From a bacterium (GTDB lineage Bacteria > Patescibacteriota > Minisyncoccia > Moranbacterales > UBA2206): a DNA stretch of 64,000 bases. The DNA lies in NCBI GenBank assembly GCA_030654225.1, contig JAURXY010000026.1:10448-74447 (forward strand), given 5' to 3'. The notes under the pieces are model-generated. The model did not search any database. It had not been told where the DNA came from and was given only the letters and a program-made list of their open reading frames with translations. Of the stretch, positions 38,380 through 48,180 are shown in pieces. Every line of letters starts with the position of its first letter. The stretch's first letter is position 1. The position numbers were made by a program, and so were the translations under genes.

Positions 38380-38925
38380 ATGGCTAGTATTAGAGAAAAA
38401 TATAATAAAGAGGTAGTTGAAAAAATGAAGAAAGAACTCAATCTTTCCAATAATTTTGAAGTGCCTAAGATAAAAAAAGTTGTGGTCAATATCGGAATAG
38501 GAAAATTTTTGAAAGATTCTGCTCAGGTTGAAGATATCACCAAATCTCTTACCGTTATCACAGGACAAAAACCATTACCAACTAAAGCAAAAAAATCAAT
38601 TGCTGGATTCAAAACAAGAGAGGGATTGGAAATTGGAATGAAAGTGACGCTACGCGGAAAAAGAATGTGGAGTTTTATCGAAAGACTAGTCAAAGCTGCT
38701 CTGCCTCGCGTGAAAGATTTTCATGGTCTAAAAGAATCAGCAGTGGACGCAAGTGGAAATTTGAATATTGGGATAAAAGAACAATTGATTTTTCCGGAAA
38801 TTTTGCCGGAACAAGTCAAGAATACTTTCAGTCTAGAAGTGACAGTAGTTACGGATGCGCAGGATCATGCGAAAGGTTTGGCACTAGTTAAGTTATTAGG
38901 ATTTCCAATGGAAATTAAAAGTTAA
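38380..38925 (+). CDS. rplE: 50S ribosomal protein L5
   Basis: family match. Confidence 0.95.
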   Translation: MASIREKYNKEVVEKMKKELNLSNNFEVPKIKKVVVNIGIGKFLKDSAQVEDITKSLTVITGQKPLPTKAKKSIAGFKTREGLEIGMKVTLRGKRMWSFIERLVKAALPRVKDFHGLKESAVDASGNLNIGIKEQLIFPEILPEQVKNTFSLEVTVVTDAQDHAKGLALVKLLGFPMEIKS

Positions 38926-38958
38926 TTTGTAAAAGTTTATTAATTGTAGATAAAGAAT

Positions 38959-39144
38959 ATGGCGAAGAAATCAACTGAAGCAAGAGCCCGCAAAAAACCT
39001 AAATTTTCGACGAGAATAGTCAGACGTTGTTGGAAGTGCGGAAGAAAGCATGGATATATGAGACAATTTGATATTTGCCGAATATGTTTTAGAGAGTTAG
39101 CTATTACTGGGCAAATTCCTGGAGTTAAAAAAGCAAGTTGGTAA
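38959..39144 (+). CDS. rpsZ: 30S ribosomal protein S14 type Z (zinc-binding)
   Basis: 61 aa, CxxC ... CxxC. Confidence 0.9.
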   Translation: MAKKSTEARARKKPKFSTRIVRRCWKCGRKHGYMRQFDICRICFRELAITGQIPGVKKASW

Positions 39145-39159
39145 TTAATTTTATAAATT

Positions 39160-39552
39160 ATGGACAAAATTTCTGAAATGTTAACTAAAATAAGAAATGC
39201 TCAGATGGCTGGGCACCAAGAAGTGATGATAAAACCATCTAAGCTTAGAATTGCCTTGGCGGGAATTCTAGAAAAAGAAGGTTTTATAGAAAAAACTTCT
39301 ATGGACGCGCAAGGCTTGATAAAGATAATTTTGAAATATTATCAAATTACTCCAACCAGAAAAATTCCTGCAATTAAGGGAATCAAAAAAATCTCTAAAT
39401 CTGGCCAAAGAATTTATATCAAAAACAAAGATATTAAGAATGTTAAAAATAATTATGGCACAGCTATTATCTCTACTTCCAAAGGCGTGATGACCGGAGT
39501 GCAGTCAAGAAAACTTGGATTAGGAGGAGAATATATTTGTGAAGTTTGGTAA
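39160..39552 (+). CDS. rpsH: 30S ribosomal protein S8
   Basis: family match. Confidence 0.95.
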   Translation: MDKISEMLTKIRNAQMAGHQEVMIKPSKLRIALAGILEKEGFIEKTSMDAQGLIKIILKYYQITPTRKIPAIKGIKKISKSGQRIYIKNKDIKNVKNNYGTAIISTSKGVMTGVQSRKLGLGGEYICEVW

Positions 39553-39569
39553 AAATAATATAAACTAAT

Positions 39570-40115
39570 ATGTCAAAGATTGGAAAAAAAATAATAGCTA
39601 TACCACAAGGAATCGAGGTCAAGCTCGACGGTGAAAAATTGGAAGTCAAGGGACCAAAAGGTACTTTGAATTTGGAAATTAATCGACAAATCAAAGTAGA
39701 GGTCACTGACGGAGAAATGAAATTTTCCCGCACAAGGAACACGAAAGAAGCTAATGCTCTTTGGGGGCTCACGCGAGCACTAGTGAATAATATGATTATT
39801 GGTGCTAAAGATGGATATGAAAAGAAACTGGAACTGCAAGGAGTGGGCTTTCGAATGGCTTTGCAAGGAAAGAAATTGGTAATGGCACTGGGTTTTTCAC
39901 ATCCAGTGGAAGCCGAGATTCCAGAAGGACTAACGGTTAAAATTGAAGATAATAATGTCCTCTCAATTTCTGGATTTGATAAACAAAAAGTTGGGCAATT
40001 TGCAGCTAATATCAGAGCCCTAAAAGAAGTCGAACCATATAAGGGTAAGGGTTTTAGATATCAAGGAGAAAAAGTTAGAAGAAAAGTCGGCAAGAAAGCC
40101 GGCGCCGTAAAGTAA
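39570..40115 (+). CDS. rplF: 50S ribosomal protein L6
   Basis: family match. Confidence 0.95.
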   Translation: MSKIGKKIIAIPQGIEVKLDGEKLEVKGPKGTLNLEINRQIKVEVTDGEMKFSRTRNTKEANALWGLTRALVNNMIIGAKDGYEKKLELQGVGFRMALQGKKLVMALGFSHPVEAEIPEGLTVKIEDNNVLSISGFDKQKVGQFAANIRALKEVEPYKGKGFRYQGEKVRRKVGKKAGAVK

Positions 40116-40192
40116 AATTTACGAAAGTACGAATTAAACTAAATTACGAATTCGTATTTTCGCTCGATTAGTAATTTCGTAAATGAAAAACA

Positions 40193-40540
40193 ATGAAAAA
40201 TAGTAGAAACAATTTAAGATTACATCGAAAAAAGCGAATAAAAGCTAAGATTAAGGGTGACGCAAAAAGACCACGCTTAGCAGTTTTCAAAAGTCTCACG
40301 GGCATATCTGCTCAGGTTATTGATGATGAGAAATCAACTACAATAGTTTCGGCGTATCTCAAAGAAATAAAGCAAGCTAAAAATGATATCGAAGGCGCAA
40401 AAAATATTGGAATTTTGATAGCTAAAAAATGCTTAGAGAAAAAGATTAGCGAAATTGTATATGACAGAAGTGGTTATAAATATCATGGAAAAATAAAAGC
40501 GCTAGCGCAGGGAGCTAGAGAGGGCGGACTAAAATTCTAA
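40193..40540 (+). CDS. rplR: 50S ribosomal protein L18
   Basis: family match. Confidence 0.9.
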   Translation: MKNSRNNLRLHRKKRIKAKIKGDAKRPRLAVFKSLTGISAQVIDDEKSTTIVSAYLKEIKQAKNDIEGAKNIGILIAKKCLEKKISEIVYDRSGYKYHGKIKALAQGAREGGLKF

Positions 40541-40613
40541 AACGCGATGCGAATCTACGAATAGCATGCGAATCTACGAACATGCATTTGTAAATTAGCA
40601 AAATTATAATTTT

Positions 40614-41105
40614 ATGGGCAGAGACAAACGAACAAGAACTAAAAAAGAAAAACCTGAATACGAACAGAAGCTTTTGGATTTGGCCAGAGTGACGCGCGTG
40701 GTTAAGGGCGGTAGAAGATTTCGTTTTCGCGCTACCTTAGTTATCGGCAACAGAAAAGGAAAAGTTGGCGTGGGTGTCGGCAAAGGAGCAGATGTGACGG
40801 ATGCAATCAAAAAAGCTTTTGATGACGGCAAGAAAAATATGATCAATGTTGATGTCAACAAAAACACCATTCCGCATGACATGTTCATAAAATCAGGTAG
40901 TGCTAAAATTATGCTCAAACCTGCTCCAGAAGGTCGTGGAATTGTGGCGGGTGGAGCCGTGCGCGCCGTTGTTGATTTAGCTGGAATAAAAGATATCGTT
41001 TCAAAATCATTGGGAACTGCCAATAAATTAAATGTAGCTAGAGCTACTATCGAAGCTTTGAGAACATTCCAAGATTCGAAAAAAAGAGCAGAGAGAGACA
41101 AATAA
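40614..41105 (+). CDS. rpsE: 30S ribosomal protein S5 (followed directly by L15; no L30 gene)
   Basis: family match. Confidence 0.95.
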   Translation: MGRDKRTRTKKEKPEYEQKLLDLARVTRVVKGGRRFRFRATLVIGNRKGKVGVGVGKGADVTDAIKKAFDDGKKNMINVDVNKNTIPHDMFIKSGSAKIMLKPAPEGRGIVAGGAVRAVVDLAGIKDIVSKSLGTANKLNVARATIEALRTFQDSKKRAERDK

Positions 41106-41124
41106 TTTTTACTTAAATAAAACA

Positions 41125-41592
41125 ATGCAAGTTAACACTCTAAAACTTAATAGCAAAAAGAAGAAAAGAAAGACTATCGGACGAGGTGGAAAAAAAGGCA
41201 CCTATTGTGGCAAAGGTAATAAGGGACAAAAAGCTCGAAGTGGAGCGCATGTCGATCCTTTGTTTGAAGGTGGTCGCTCAACTCTCATTGATCACATGAA
41301 AAAGAAAAAAGGATTCAAATCAAGAGAAACTAAAGCAACTGTTCTGTCCCTAGATCAAATAGAAAAAGAATTTAAGGATGGCGAAATAGTAAATGTTGAA
41401 TCTTTGGTTAAAACGAAATTACTCGGCAAGGTTATAAAACGAGAAAAGATCAAAATTCTTGGCGCAGGTAAATTTTCCAAAAAACTTTCTTTTAGCAAAG
41501 ATATTCTTCTCTCAGAATCAGCCAAAGAGGCAATTAAAAAAGCCGGTGGTAAAGTAATCAATGATCAAGGAACAAAAGACAAGGAGCAATAA
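41125..41592 (+). CDS. rplO: 50S ribosomal protein L15
   Basis: family match. Confidence 0.9.
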   Translation: MQVNTLKLNSKKKKRKTIGRGGKKGTYCGKGNKGQKARSGAHVDPLFEGGRSTLIDHMKKKKGFKSRETKATVLSLDQIEKEFKDGEIVNVESLVKTKLLGKVIKREKIKILGAGKFSKKLSFSKDILLSESAKEAIKKAGGKVINDQGTKDKEQ

Positions 41593-41645
41593 AAAAAGTA
41601 TAGTTTTTATTGTTCATTGTTCACTGGTCATTGTTCGTTGAACTT

Positions 41646-42917
41646 ATGTTTCAAAAAATAATTCAAATCTTCAAAGTCAAAGAACTTAGAAATAAGATAT
41701 TTTTTATCTTGGCACTTTTGGTAATTTTTCGCCTAGCAGCTAACATTCCTATTCCTGGTATTGATCAAGAAAGACTCAAGATGTTTTTTGAGGGCAATCA
41801 ATTTTTCGGGCTACTAAATCTTTTTTCTGGTGGAGGCCTTTCTAGCATTTCCATTGTGATGCTTGGAGTTGGCCCATATATTACTTCTTCAATTATCATG
41901 CAACTTATGACCATGATTGTTCCACGACTCGAACAAATCTACAAAGAAGAAGGAGAAGCAGGACGCGAAAAATTCAATCAATGGACGAGGTGGCTCACTG
42001 TGCCATTTGCCGCTTTGCAAACAATTGGTATGATTTCACTTTTTCGCTCACAACAAATTATGGCGCCAAGCGGAGCGTACGGATTGTTTTCTATAGTGAT
42101 TGTTGCCACTGCAGGAACAATCTTTTTGATGTGGCTGGGAGAATTGATCACTGAAAAAAAGATTGGCAATGGTGTGTCGCTTTTAATTTTTGCTGGAATA
42201 GTTTCTAGCTTACCTTCGGCAATTTCTCGTATCATATCCACTTGGGATCCAACTCAATTTTTCGCTTATGTTTTTCTATTAGTAGCAGTGATTGGCGCAG
42301 TTGGCGCGGTAGTCTTTATGACTGAAGGACAAAGGAACATCCCCATTGCTTATGCCAAGAGAATTAGTGGCAACAAAATGTTCGGAGGAACGAACACTCA
42401 TTTGCCACTTCGTATCAATCAAGCGGGTGTAATTCCAATTATCTTTGCGATGTCCATTATGCTTTTTCCAGGAATGATTGCTAATTTTTTAGCCAGTTCA
42501 TCTAATGGAACGGTAGCTAGCGTAGCGCGCTCAGTCGGAAGCTTTTTTCAAAATCAATTTTTTTATGGTTCGCTATATTTTCTTCTGGTAGTAGCGTTCA
42601 CGTATTTTTATACTGCTGTAGTTTTTGATCCTAATAAGATTGCAGAAAATTTGCAAAAACAAGGCGGATATATTCCTGGAATTCGTCCCGGCAAAAACAC
42701 TTCTGAATATCTATACAAAATTATGAATCGCGTGACGCTCACAGGTGCAACATTCTTGGGGCTTATCGCGGTACTGCCTTTTATCGTGCAGGGCTTCACT
42801 AAAGTCGGTTCAGTTTCAATCGGAGGCACCGGACTTTTGATTGTGGTTTCTGTGGTTATTGAGCTTATTCAACAAATTGAAGGGCAATTGGTAATGAGGG
42901 ATTACGAAGGCTTTTAA
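41646..42917 (+). CDS. secY: preprotein translocase subunit SecY
   Basis: 10 TM topology, SecY signature; start placed at MFQKIIQIF. Confidence 0.9.
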   Translation: MFQKIIQIFKVKELRNKIFFILALLVIFRLAANIPIPGIDQERLKMFFEGNQFFGLLNLFSGGGLSSISIVMLGVGPYITSSIIMQLMTMIVPRLEQIYKEEGEAGREKFNQWTRWLTVPFAALQTIGMISLFRSQQIMAPSGAYGLFSIVIVATAGTIFLMWLGELITEKKIGNGVSLLIFAGIVSSLPSAISRIISTWDPTQFFAYVFLLVAVIGAVGAVVFMTEGQRNIPIAYAKRISGNKMFGGTNTHLPLRINQAGVIPIIFAMSIMLFPGMIANFLASSSNGTVASVARSVGSFFQNQFFYGSLYFLLVVAFTYFYTAVVFDPNKIAENLQKQGGYIPGIRPGKNTSEYLYKIMNRVTLTGATFLGLIAVLPFIVQGFTKVGSVSIGGTGLLIVVSVVIELIQQIEGQLVMRDYEGF

Positions 42918-42918
42918 T

Positions 42919-43581
42919 ATGAATATTGTTATCCTTGGTCCGCAAGGTTCTGGCAAAGGAACGCAAGCGGAAAAATTAGCGCAGAAATTTGATTTAGAAC
43001 ATATTGATATGGGAAAGTTTTTGCGTGAAGTTGCCAAGCTTGATACACCACTGGGAAAAGAAGTTTATAACATTCAAAATGTGACAAAAACTTTGGTGCC
43101 AGCCAGAATCTTAGAAGAAGTTTTTACTATAAAACTTAATGGTATCGCTAGAGAAAAAGGCATTGCTTTTGATGGTTTTCCAAGAAATATTGATCAAGCC
43201 AAGTATTTTGAAAAAGCTATGAAAGAATTCGGTCGGCAAACTGACAAAGTAATTCATATTAAACTTTCCGAAAAAGAATCGCTTGAGAGAATTTCAAAAA
43301 GAAGAGTTTGTGAAAAATGCAAAAAAGTTTTTATTTTAGGCAAGGATATTCAAAATGCCTGCCTGCCGGTAGGCAGGGAAAACGAAAAATGCGATGTGTG
43401 TGAAGGAAGAATAATTCAAAGAATAGATGATAGTGTTGAGGGCGTGAAAAAAAGATTGGAAATATTCAATGAAGAAACAATGCCAGTAATTGAATATTAT
43501 AAAAAACAAGGTAAGTTTATCGAAATTGACGGCGACAAAGAAATTGAAAAAGTGTTTGAAGATATTTTAGAAAAATTATGA
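42919..43581 (+). CDS. adk: adenylate kinase (zinc-lid type)
   Basis: P-loop GPQGSGKGT; CxxC ... CxxC lid. Confidence 0.95.
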   Translation: MNIVILGPQGSGKGTQAEKLAQKFDLEHIDMGKFLREVAKLDTPLGKEVYNIQNVTKTLVPARILEEVFTIKLNGIAREKGIAFDGFPRNIDQAKYFEKAMKEFGRQTDKVIHIKLSEKESLERISKRRVCEKCKKVFILGKDIQNACLPVGRENEKCDVCEGRIIQRIDDSVEGVKKRLEIFNEETMPVIEYYKKQGKFIEIDGDKEIEKVFEDILEKL

Positions 43582-44336
43582 TAGTGATAAAAAACGAAAA
43601 AGAAATAGCGTCGATGCGTCGTGGCGGAAAAATACTTTCGATGATTATGAGTGAAATTGGAAAAATGATTGCTCAAGGCGTAAATACACAGGAGTTAGAC
43701 AAGCTGGCCGAAAGGCTCGTTTTTGATAATGGAGGAACACCAGCTTTCAAAGGTTATGGTGACAAAACTAATCCCTATCCAGCTACAATCTGCGCTTCGA
43801 TTAACAATGAAATTGTGCATAGTATTCCAAGTATTGAAAAAACAATAAAGGAAGGGGATTTGGTAAAGATTGACATCGGAATGGAATTTGAAGGGATGAT
43901 CACTGATATGGCGCGTACATTTTCAGTTGGCGCGGTGAGCCATGAGGCGCATACGATAATGAAGGTAACTAGAGAAGCATTGAATCATGGAATTGCCAAG
44001 ATTAAGGCGGGGGCAAAACTCAGTGAATATTCCATAGCAGTGGAAAGTTATGCCCGCTCATATGGATTTTCAGTCATCCGGGATTTAGTCGGACATGGTG
44101 TGGGGAAAATTTTGCACGAAGATCCAATTGTGCCAAACTATCACTGGAGTGCCAAAGATATAATTTTGAAAGAGGGGATGACGCTGGCACTTGAGCCAAT
44201 GATAAATGTCGGAACGCATAAGATAAAATTAGGAAGCGACGGCTGGACATATCTGACGGATGACGAAAAACTCTCCGCGCACTTTGAAGATACGGTTTTA
44301 GTGAAAAAAGGTGGGTGTGAGATTTTGACGAGGTAA
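43578..44336 (+). CDS. map: methionine aminopeptidase type I
   Basis: family match; metal ligands D, D, H, E, E. Confidence 0.9.
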   Translation: MIVIKNEKEIASMRRGGKILSMIMSEIGKMIAQGVNTQELDKLAERLVFDNGGTPAFKGYGDKTNPYPATICASINNEIVHSIPSIEKTIKEGDLVKIDIGMEFEGMITDMARTFSVGAVSHEAHTIMKVTREALNHGIAKIKAGAKLSEYSIAVESYARSYGFSVIRDLVGHGVGKILHEDPIVPNYHWSAKDIILKEGMTLALEPMINVGTHKIKLGSDGWTYLTDDEKLSAHFEDTVLVKKGGCEILTR

Positions 44337-44342
44337 AAAATT

Positions 44343-44462
44343 GTCATTCCCGCGAAGGCGGGAATCTAGTGTAGAAGCTAAATAAAAAAGAATAGATTAT
44401 ATAAAAAGATTGGTTATTTTAAAATAAACTTAAGACTAGATCCCCGCATCCGCGGGGATGAC
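44343..44462. mobile_element. MITE-like element A1 (28-bp TIRs GTCATTCCCGCGAAGGCGGGAATCTAGT / ACTAGATCCCCGCATCCGCGGGGATGAC)
   Basis: imperfect terminal inverted repeats, each itself a hairpin; AT-rich core; second copy at 54342-54435. Confidence 0.65.
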
Positions 44463-44541
44463 AGAGAAAAAAGAAATAAAAAAAACCGGAGATATGTCAG
44501 ATGTTACTAGACACATGCCCCGGTTCGGCCAATTGCAAGCC

Positions 44542-44862
44542 CTAGGTTTTTTTCAGACGCATATTCGTCTGGATGTTGCATCGCTCTTTCAGGTCATTTT
44601 CGATCCGTGGAGATTCTGAAGATTGGAAGGTGGCGGTGATTCTCGATCGGAAAAAAAATGCTACCACTATAAAAGCTAAAAGCGAGCCTATAATGGCGAA
44701 TTTTATGAGATCGGTTTCGTCGTATATGACGAAGCCATTCTTATAAAGATCTATTCCGATATTTCCGCAGAAACACACGGGTATTATACCGCCGGTCACA
44801 ACCACGAGTAAGAATAATTTTATTGCATTTACAACTTTCGGATTCAATGATCTTTTTTTCAT
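44542..44862 (-). CDS. hypothetical membrane protein
   Basis: two TM helices; minus-strand hairpin + T8 terminator at 44478-44525. Confidence 0.4.
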   Translation of the reverse strand: MKKRSLNPKVVNAIKLFLLVVVTGGIIPVCFCGNIGIDLYKNGFVIYDETDLIKFAIIGSLLAFIVVAFFFRSRITATFQSSESPRIENDLKERCNIQTNMRLKKT

Positions 44863-44979
44863 TTTTTTTATCTCCTAACAAGGGTTTAAAAAATGATTTA
44901 TATGAATGACCGTTAGATTCAACGGCCGGTTAGAATGTAAATGTTCTATTAACCACTAACTTGTAATTATACTATTAAA

Positions 44980-45414
44980 ATGAATAATTGTCAAGCGCAA
45001 AAACCTAATATCCCTCAAATAAGCCATATTTTAGGAATCGACTATGGGAAATCCAAGGTTGGTTTGGCGTTGGCGGACTTGGAGACCAGAATTGCTTTCG
45101 TTTATACTACACTTCCAAATGACAAAAATTTTCTGGATAATCTAGTCAAAATTATTGGGAAAGAAGGCGTCGGTAAGATTATAATTGGAATTCCTACACA
45201 CGTCAATCATGGCGAAGTGCTTTACGAAGGCGAAAAACTGGGCGCAAGGATTGCTAAAGTCTTGCCGGAGATTTCAATTGAATACCAAGACGAAATGTTT
45301 TCCACGAAAATGGCGCAAGCAAATCTTTTGGAAAAGGGGATGAAAAATGTGGGAAAATTTGATGACGGCGAATCAGCCAAGATAATTTTGCAAAGCTGGT
45401 TGGATAGGATGTAA
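44980..45414 (+). CDS. ruvX: Holliday junction resolvase-like RuvX/YqgF
   Basis: ILGIDYGKSKVGLALAD N-terminus. Confidence 0.85.
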   Translation: MNNCQAQKPNIPQISHILGIDYGKSKVGLALADLETRIAFVYTTLPNDKNFLDNLVKIIGKEGVGKIIIGIPTHVNHGEVLYEGEKLGARIAKVLPEISIEYQDEMFSTKMAQANLLEKGMKNVGKFDDGESAKIILQSWLDRM

Positions 45415-45546
45415 ATTTATGCTATAATTAAAATGTAAATTATGTCATGCTGAACTTGTTTCAGCATCTCTATTAATAGCAAAAATTATAATAAGATCCC
45501 GAAATAAATTCGGGATGACAATTAGTAATCATTAAATTTAAGAGAA

Positions 45547-46314
45547 ATGGAACAAAAACCTTTTATATCAGTGATTATCCCGACTTATAACGAAGCTGTA
45601 AAAGAAAAAGAAATGGGGGAGCATCTAAATTCTATCAAGGAATATTTTGAAAAAATAGGCAAAAGCTATGAAGTGGTGATAGTGCTCGATGGTCCGACGG
45701 ATAACACTCCGGAAATTGTCAAAGAAAAAATCAAAGACAAGCCAAATTTTTGGATAATGGATCGAAAAGTTAATCACGGCAAAGGCTATAGTATTCGTGA
45801 AGGATTTTCAGCAGCACACGGTGAATGGCGACTTTGGACTGATATGGATGGTGCCACACCGATTGATAATTTAGACAAGTTTATTCCAGAATTCAAAAAA
45901 GCTGATGTGGTGATTGGATCTCGCGATCTAAAAACTTCCAATATTGAAAAGCATCAGCCGAAATGGAAAGAATGGCTGGGAAATGCTGGAAATATTTTGA
46001 TTCAAGTTCTGATGGGTCTTCGAGGAATTTATGATACTCAATGTGGATTCAAAGCTTTTAGTGAAGAGGTCGTGAAGGAAGTTTTCCCTCGCACGAAAGT
46101 TGATCGTTGGGGAATTGATTTTGAAATTTTGATGATAGCGAAAAAACTCGGATATCGAATTTCTGAAGTGCCAGTAGTTTGGTTGGATATGGGATACAGC
46201 TTAGTTGGAATGAAAGGATATTTCATCACGCTTCGCGAATTGTTCAAAGTTTGGTGGAATAATGTGCGAGGGGTATATCAACTCAAAAAAAAGATGAGTG
46301 AAATTGAAAAGTAG
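45547..46314 (+). CDS. family 2 glycosyltransferase (polyprenol-phosphate sugar synthase-like)
   Basis: ISVIIPTYNE; DxD (TDMDG). Confidence 0.8.
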   Translation: MEQKPFISVIIPTYNEAVKEKEMGEHLNSIKEYFEKIGKSYEVVIVLDGPTDNTPEIVKEKIKDKPNFWIMDRKVNHGKGYSIREGFSAAHGEWRLWTDMDGATPIDNLDKFIPEFKKADVVIGSRDLKTSNIEKHQPKWKEWLGNAGNILIQVLMGLRGIYDTQCGFKAFSEEVVKEVFPRTKVDRWGIDFEILMIAKKLGYRISEVPVVWLDMGYSLVGMKGYFITLRELFKVWWNNVRGVYQLKKKMSEIEK

Positions 46315-46512
46315 ACCCCGCACAAAATTCCAATATAGATTAGTGATAATAAAAATTTTAGTGTGCGTGGTCGCCTACGGCTTAGATTGCAAAAACAAAA
46401 ATATTTTTTGAGCGAATTTATGCGGGGTTCTCATTTTTACCCGCCTCGACTCGCCGGAGACGGCTTGTCGATGGCGAGGCTGGGTGGCTACTCGCTTCGC
46501 TCATAGACAAAA

Positions 46513-47523
46513 ATGGAAAAAACAAATAAAAATAAAACTAGCGAACTTAGGCAGGATTTGGTGACGGGGGATTGGGTGGTGGTTTCCAAGATTCGTGCGC
46601 GTCGTCCAGATGAGTTTGCTAAAAAAGAACAAGATTTAACGCAGGATAACCTCAGCGAATGTTTGTTTTGTAATCCCGAGGAAAGTGGACAAGAAAAAGA
46701 TGTTTTGATATATAGCACAACAGATGGAGATTGGTCACTGCGAGTTTTTCCCAATAAATTTCCAGCTTTTTCTCGACCGAGTGGCGGACAAATGAAACAC
46801 AAGGAAGAGGGTCCATATTTTTGGATGGATAGCGTGGGGTATCATGAAGTAATCGTCACCAAAGATCATTGTAATCATATTGGGGAAATGGAACCTCTTT
46901 TGGTGGCAGAAATTTTGGATGCCTATCAATCGAGATATATTGATTTGATGAACAAAAAGTCCGTGAGTTACATCGACATTTTTCACAATCACGGTGCCTC
47001 AGCTGGCGCATCAATTCCTCATCCACATTCACAACTAATGGCTATTCCCGTGATCTCCCCGTATGTCAAAAGTGAATTGGATGGTGCGGAAGAATATCAC
47101 AAACAAAACAAGCATTGCGTCTATTGCGCAATGGTTGAGTGGGAAATTGAACAGAAAAAAAGAATAGTTTTTGAAAATGATGATTTTTTGCTGTTTTGTC
47201 CTTTTGCCTCGCGGGCTAATTTTGAAATGTGGCTCATTCCCAAAAAACACAAACCATATTTTGAAAGAATAACCCAAGATGAAAAAATTTCAGCCGGAGA
47301 GGTTCTTCATGAAGCAATCAAAAGACTAAGTGAAAAACTCAACAACCCTGATTTCAATTTCTATATTCACACTTCACCTTGCGATGGAAAAGATTATCCA
47401 CATTTCCATTGGCACATTGAGATTTTGCCAAAAACAAACATCTGGGCGGGATTTGAAATTTCAACGGGAGTAGAAATAATCACAATCAGTCCGGAAGACG
47501 CAGCGCAGTATTTAAAAAACTAA
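46513..47523 (+). CDS. GalT-family HIT nucleotidyltransferase (galactose-1-phosphate uridylyltransferase-like)
   Basis: Zn site CLFC; HPHSQ active-site motif; tandem HIT-like halves. Confidence 0.75.
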   Translation: MEKTNKNKTSELRQDLVTGDWVVVSKIRARRPDEFAKKEQDLTQDNLSECLFCNPEESGQEKDVLIYSTTDGDWSLRVFPNKFPAFSRPSGGQMKHKEEGPYFWMDSVGYHEVIVTKDHCNHIGEMEPLLVAEILDAYQSRYIDLMNKKSVSYIDIFHNHGASAGASIPHPHSQLMAIPVISPYVKSELDGAEEYHKQNKHCVYCAMVEWEIEQKKRIVFENDDFLLFCPFASRANFEMWLIPKKHKPYFERITQDEKISAGEVLHEAIKRLSEKLNNPDFNFYIHTSPCDGKDYPHFHWHIEILPKTNIWAGFEISTGVEIITISPEDAAQYLKN

Positions 47524-47541
47524 TAAATCAGAATTACTTTT

Positions 47542-48180
47542 ATGCTAATTATAGATTTTATCCTCAATATAGATGTTCATTTAGGAGAAATTATTGCCAA
47601 TTATGGTAGAATGACTTATGCTATTTTATTTCTAATTATTTTTGCAGAAACCGGATTTGTTTTCACGCCGTTTCTTCCGGGAGATTCATTGCTTTTTGCT
47701 GCGGGGATGTTTTCTGCTACAGGCTCGTTTAATATAATATTTTTAGCAATGCTTCTTTGGTCAGCTGCTTTTTTGGGAGATAATATAAATTATTGGGTGG
47801 GATATTATTTTGGACAAAAAATAGTGAATAATAAGTATGTACCAGTCAACCAAAAGCACATAGATAGTACTCAAGAATTCTATAGTCGTCACGGTGGAAA
47901 AACTATTTTTCTAGCTCGTTTTATGCCAATTATAAGAACTTTTGCACCATTTGTAGCAGGAATTGGAAAAATGCATTATCGCAAATTTATATCCTACAGT
48001 ATTATTGGTGGGTTTACTTGGGTAGGACTTTTTGTTTTTGCGGGATATTTTTTCGGAAATATTCCAATAATAAAAGATAATTTTTCCATAGTCATTATGG
48101 GAATAATTGCGATATCAGTTTTTCCAGGAATATTCAAACTAATCAAAAGTAAACTAAAAAAAAACAATTATAAAATATGA
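47542..48180 (+). CDS. DedA-family membrane protein
   Basis: DedA motif FTPFLPGDSLLFAAG. Confidence 0.8.
   Translation: MLIIDFILNIDVHLGEIIANYGRMTYAILFLIIFAETGFVFTPFLPGDSLLFAAGMFSATGSFNIIFLAMLLWSAAFLGDNINYWVGYYFGQKIVNNKYVPVNQKHIDSTQEFYSRHGGKTIFLARFMPIIRTFAPFVAGIGKMHYRKFISYSIIGGFTWVGLFVFAGYFFGNIPIIKDNFSIVIMGIIAISVFPGIFKLIKSKLKKNNYKI

Noticed and set aside
44343-44462. Possible CRISPR array suggested by hairpin-containing 28-bp repeats
   Set aside because: Only two repeats per locus, in inverted rather than direct orientation, and no cas genes. Interpreted as MITE-like TIRs.
46488-46802. Minus-strand 104-aa ORF across the GC-rich intergenic region
   Set aside because: It overlaps the start of the GalT-like gene antisense, and its translation is Ser/Leu/Cys-rich low complexity. 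The region is better explained as structured non-coding DNA/RNA.
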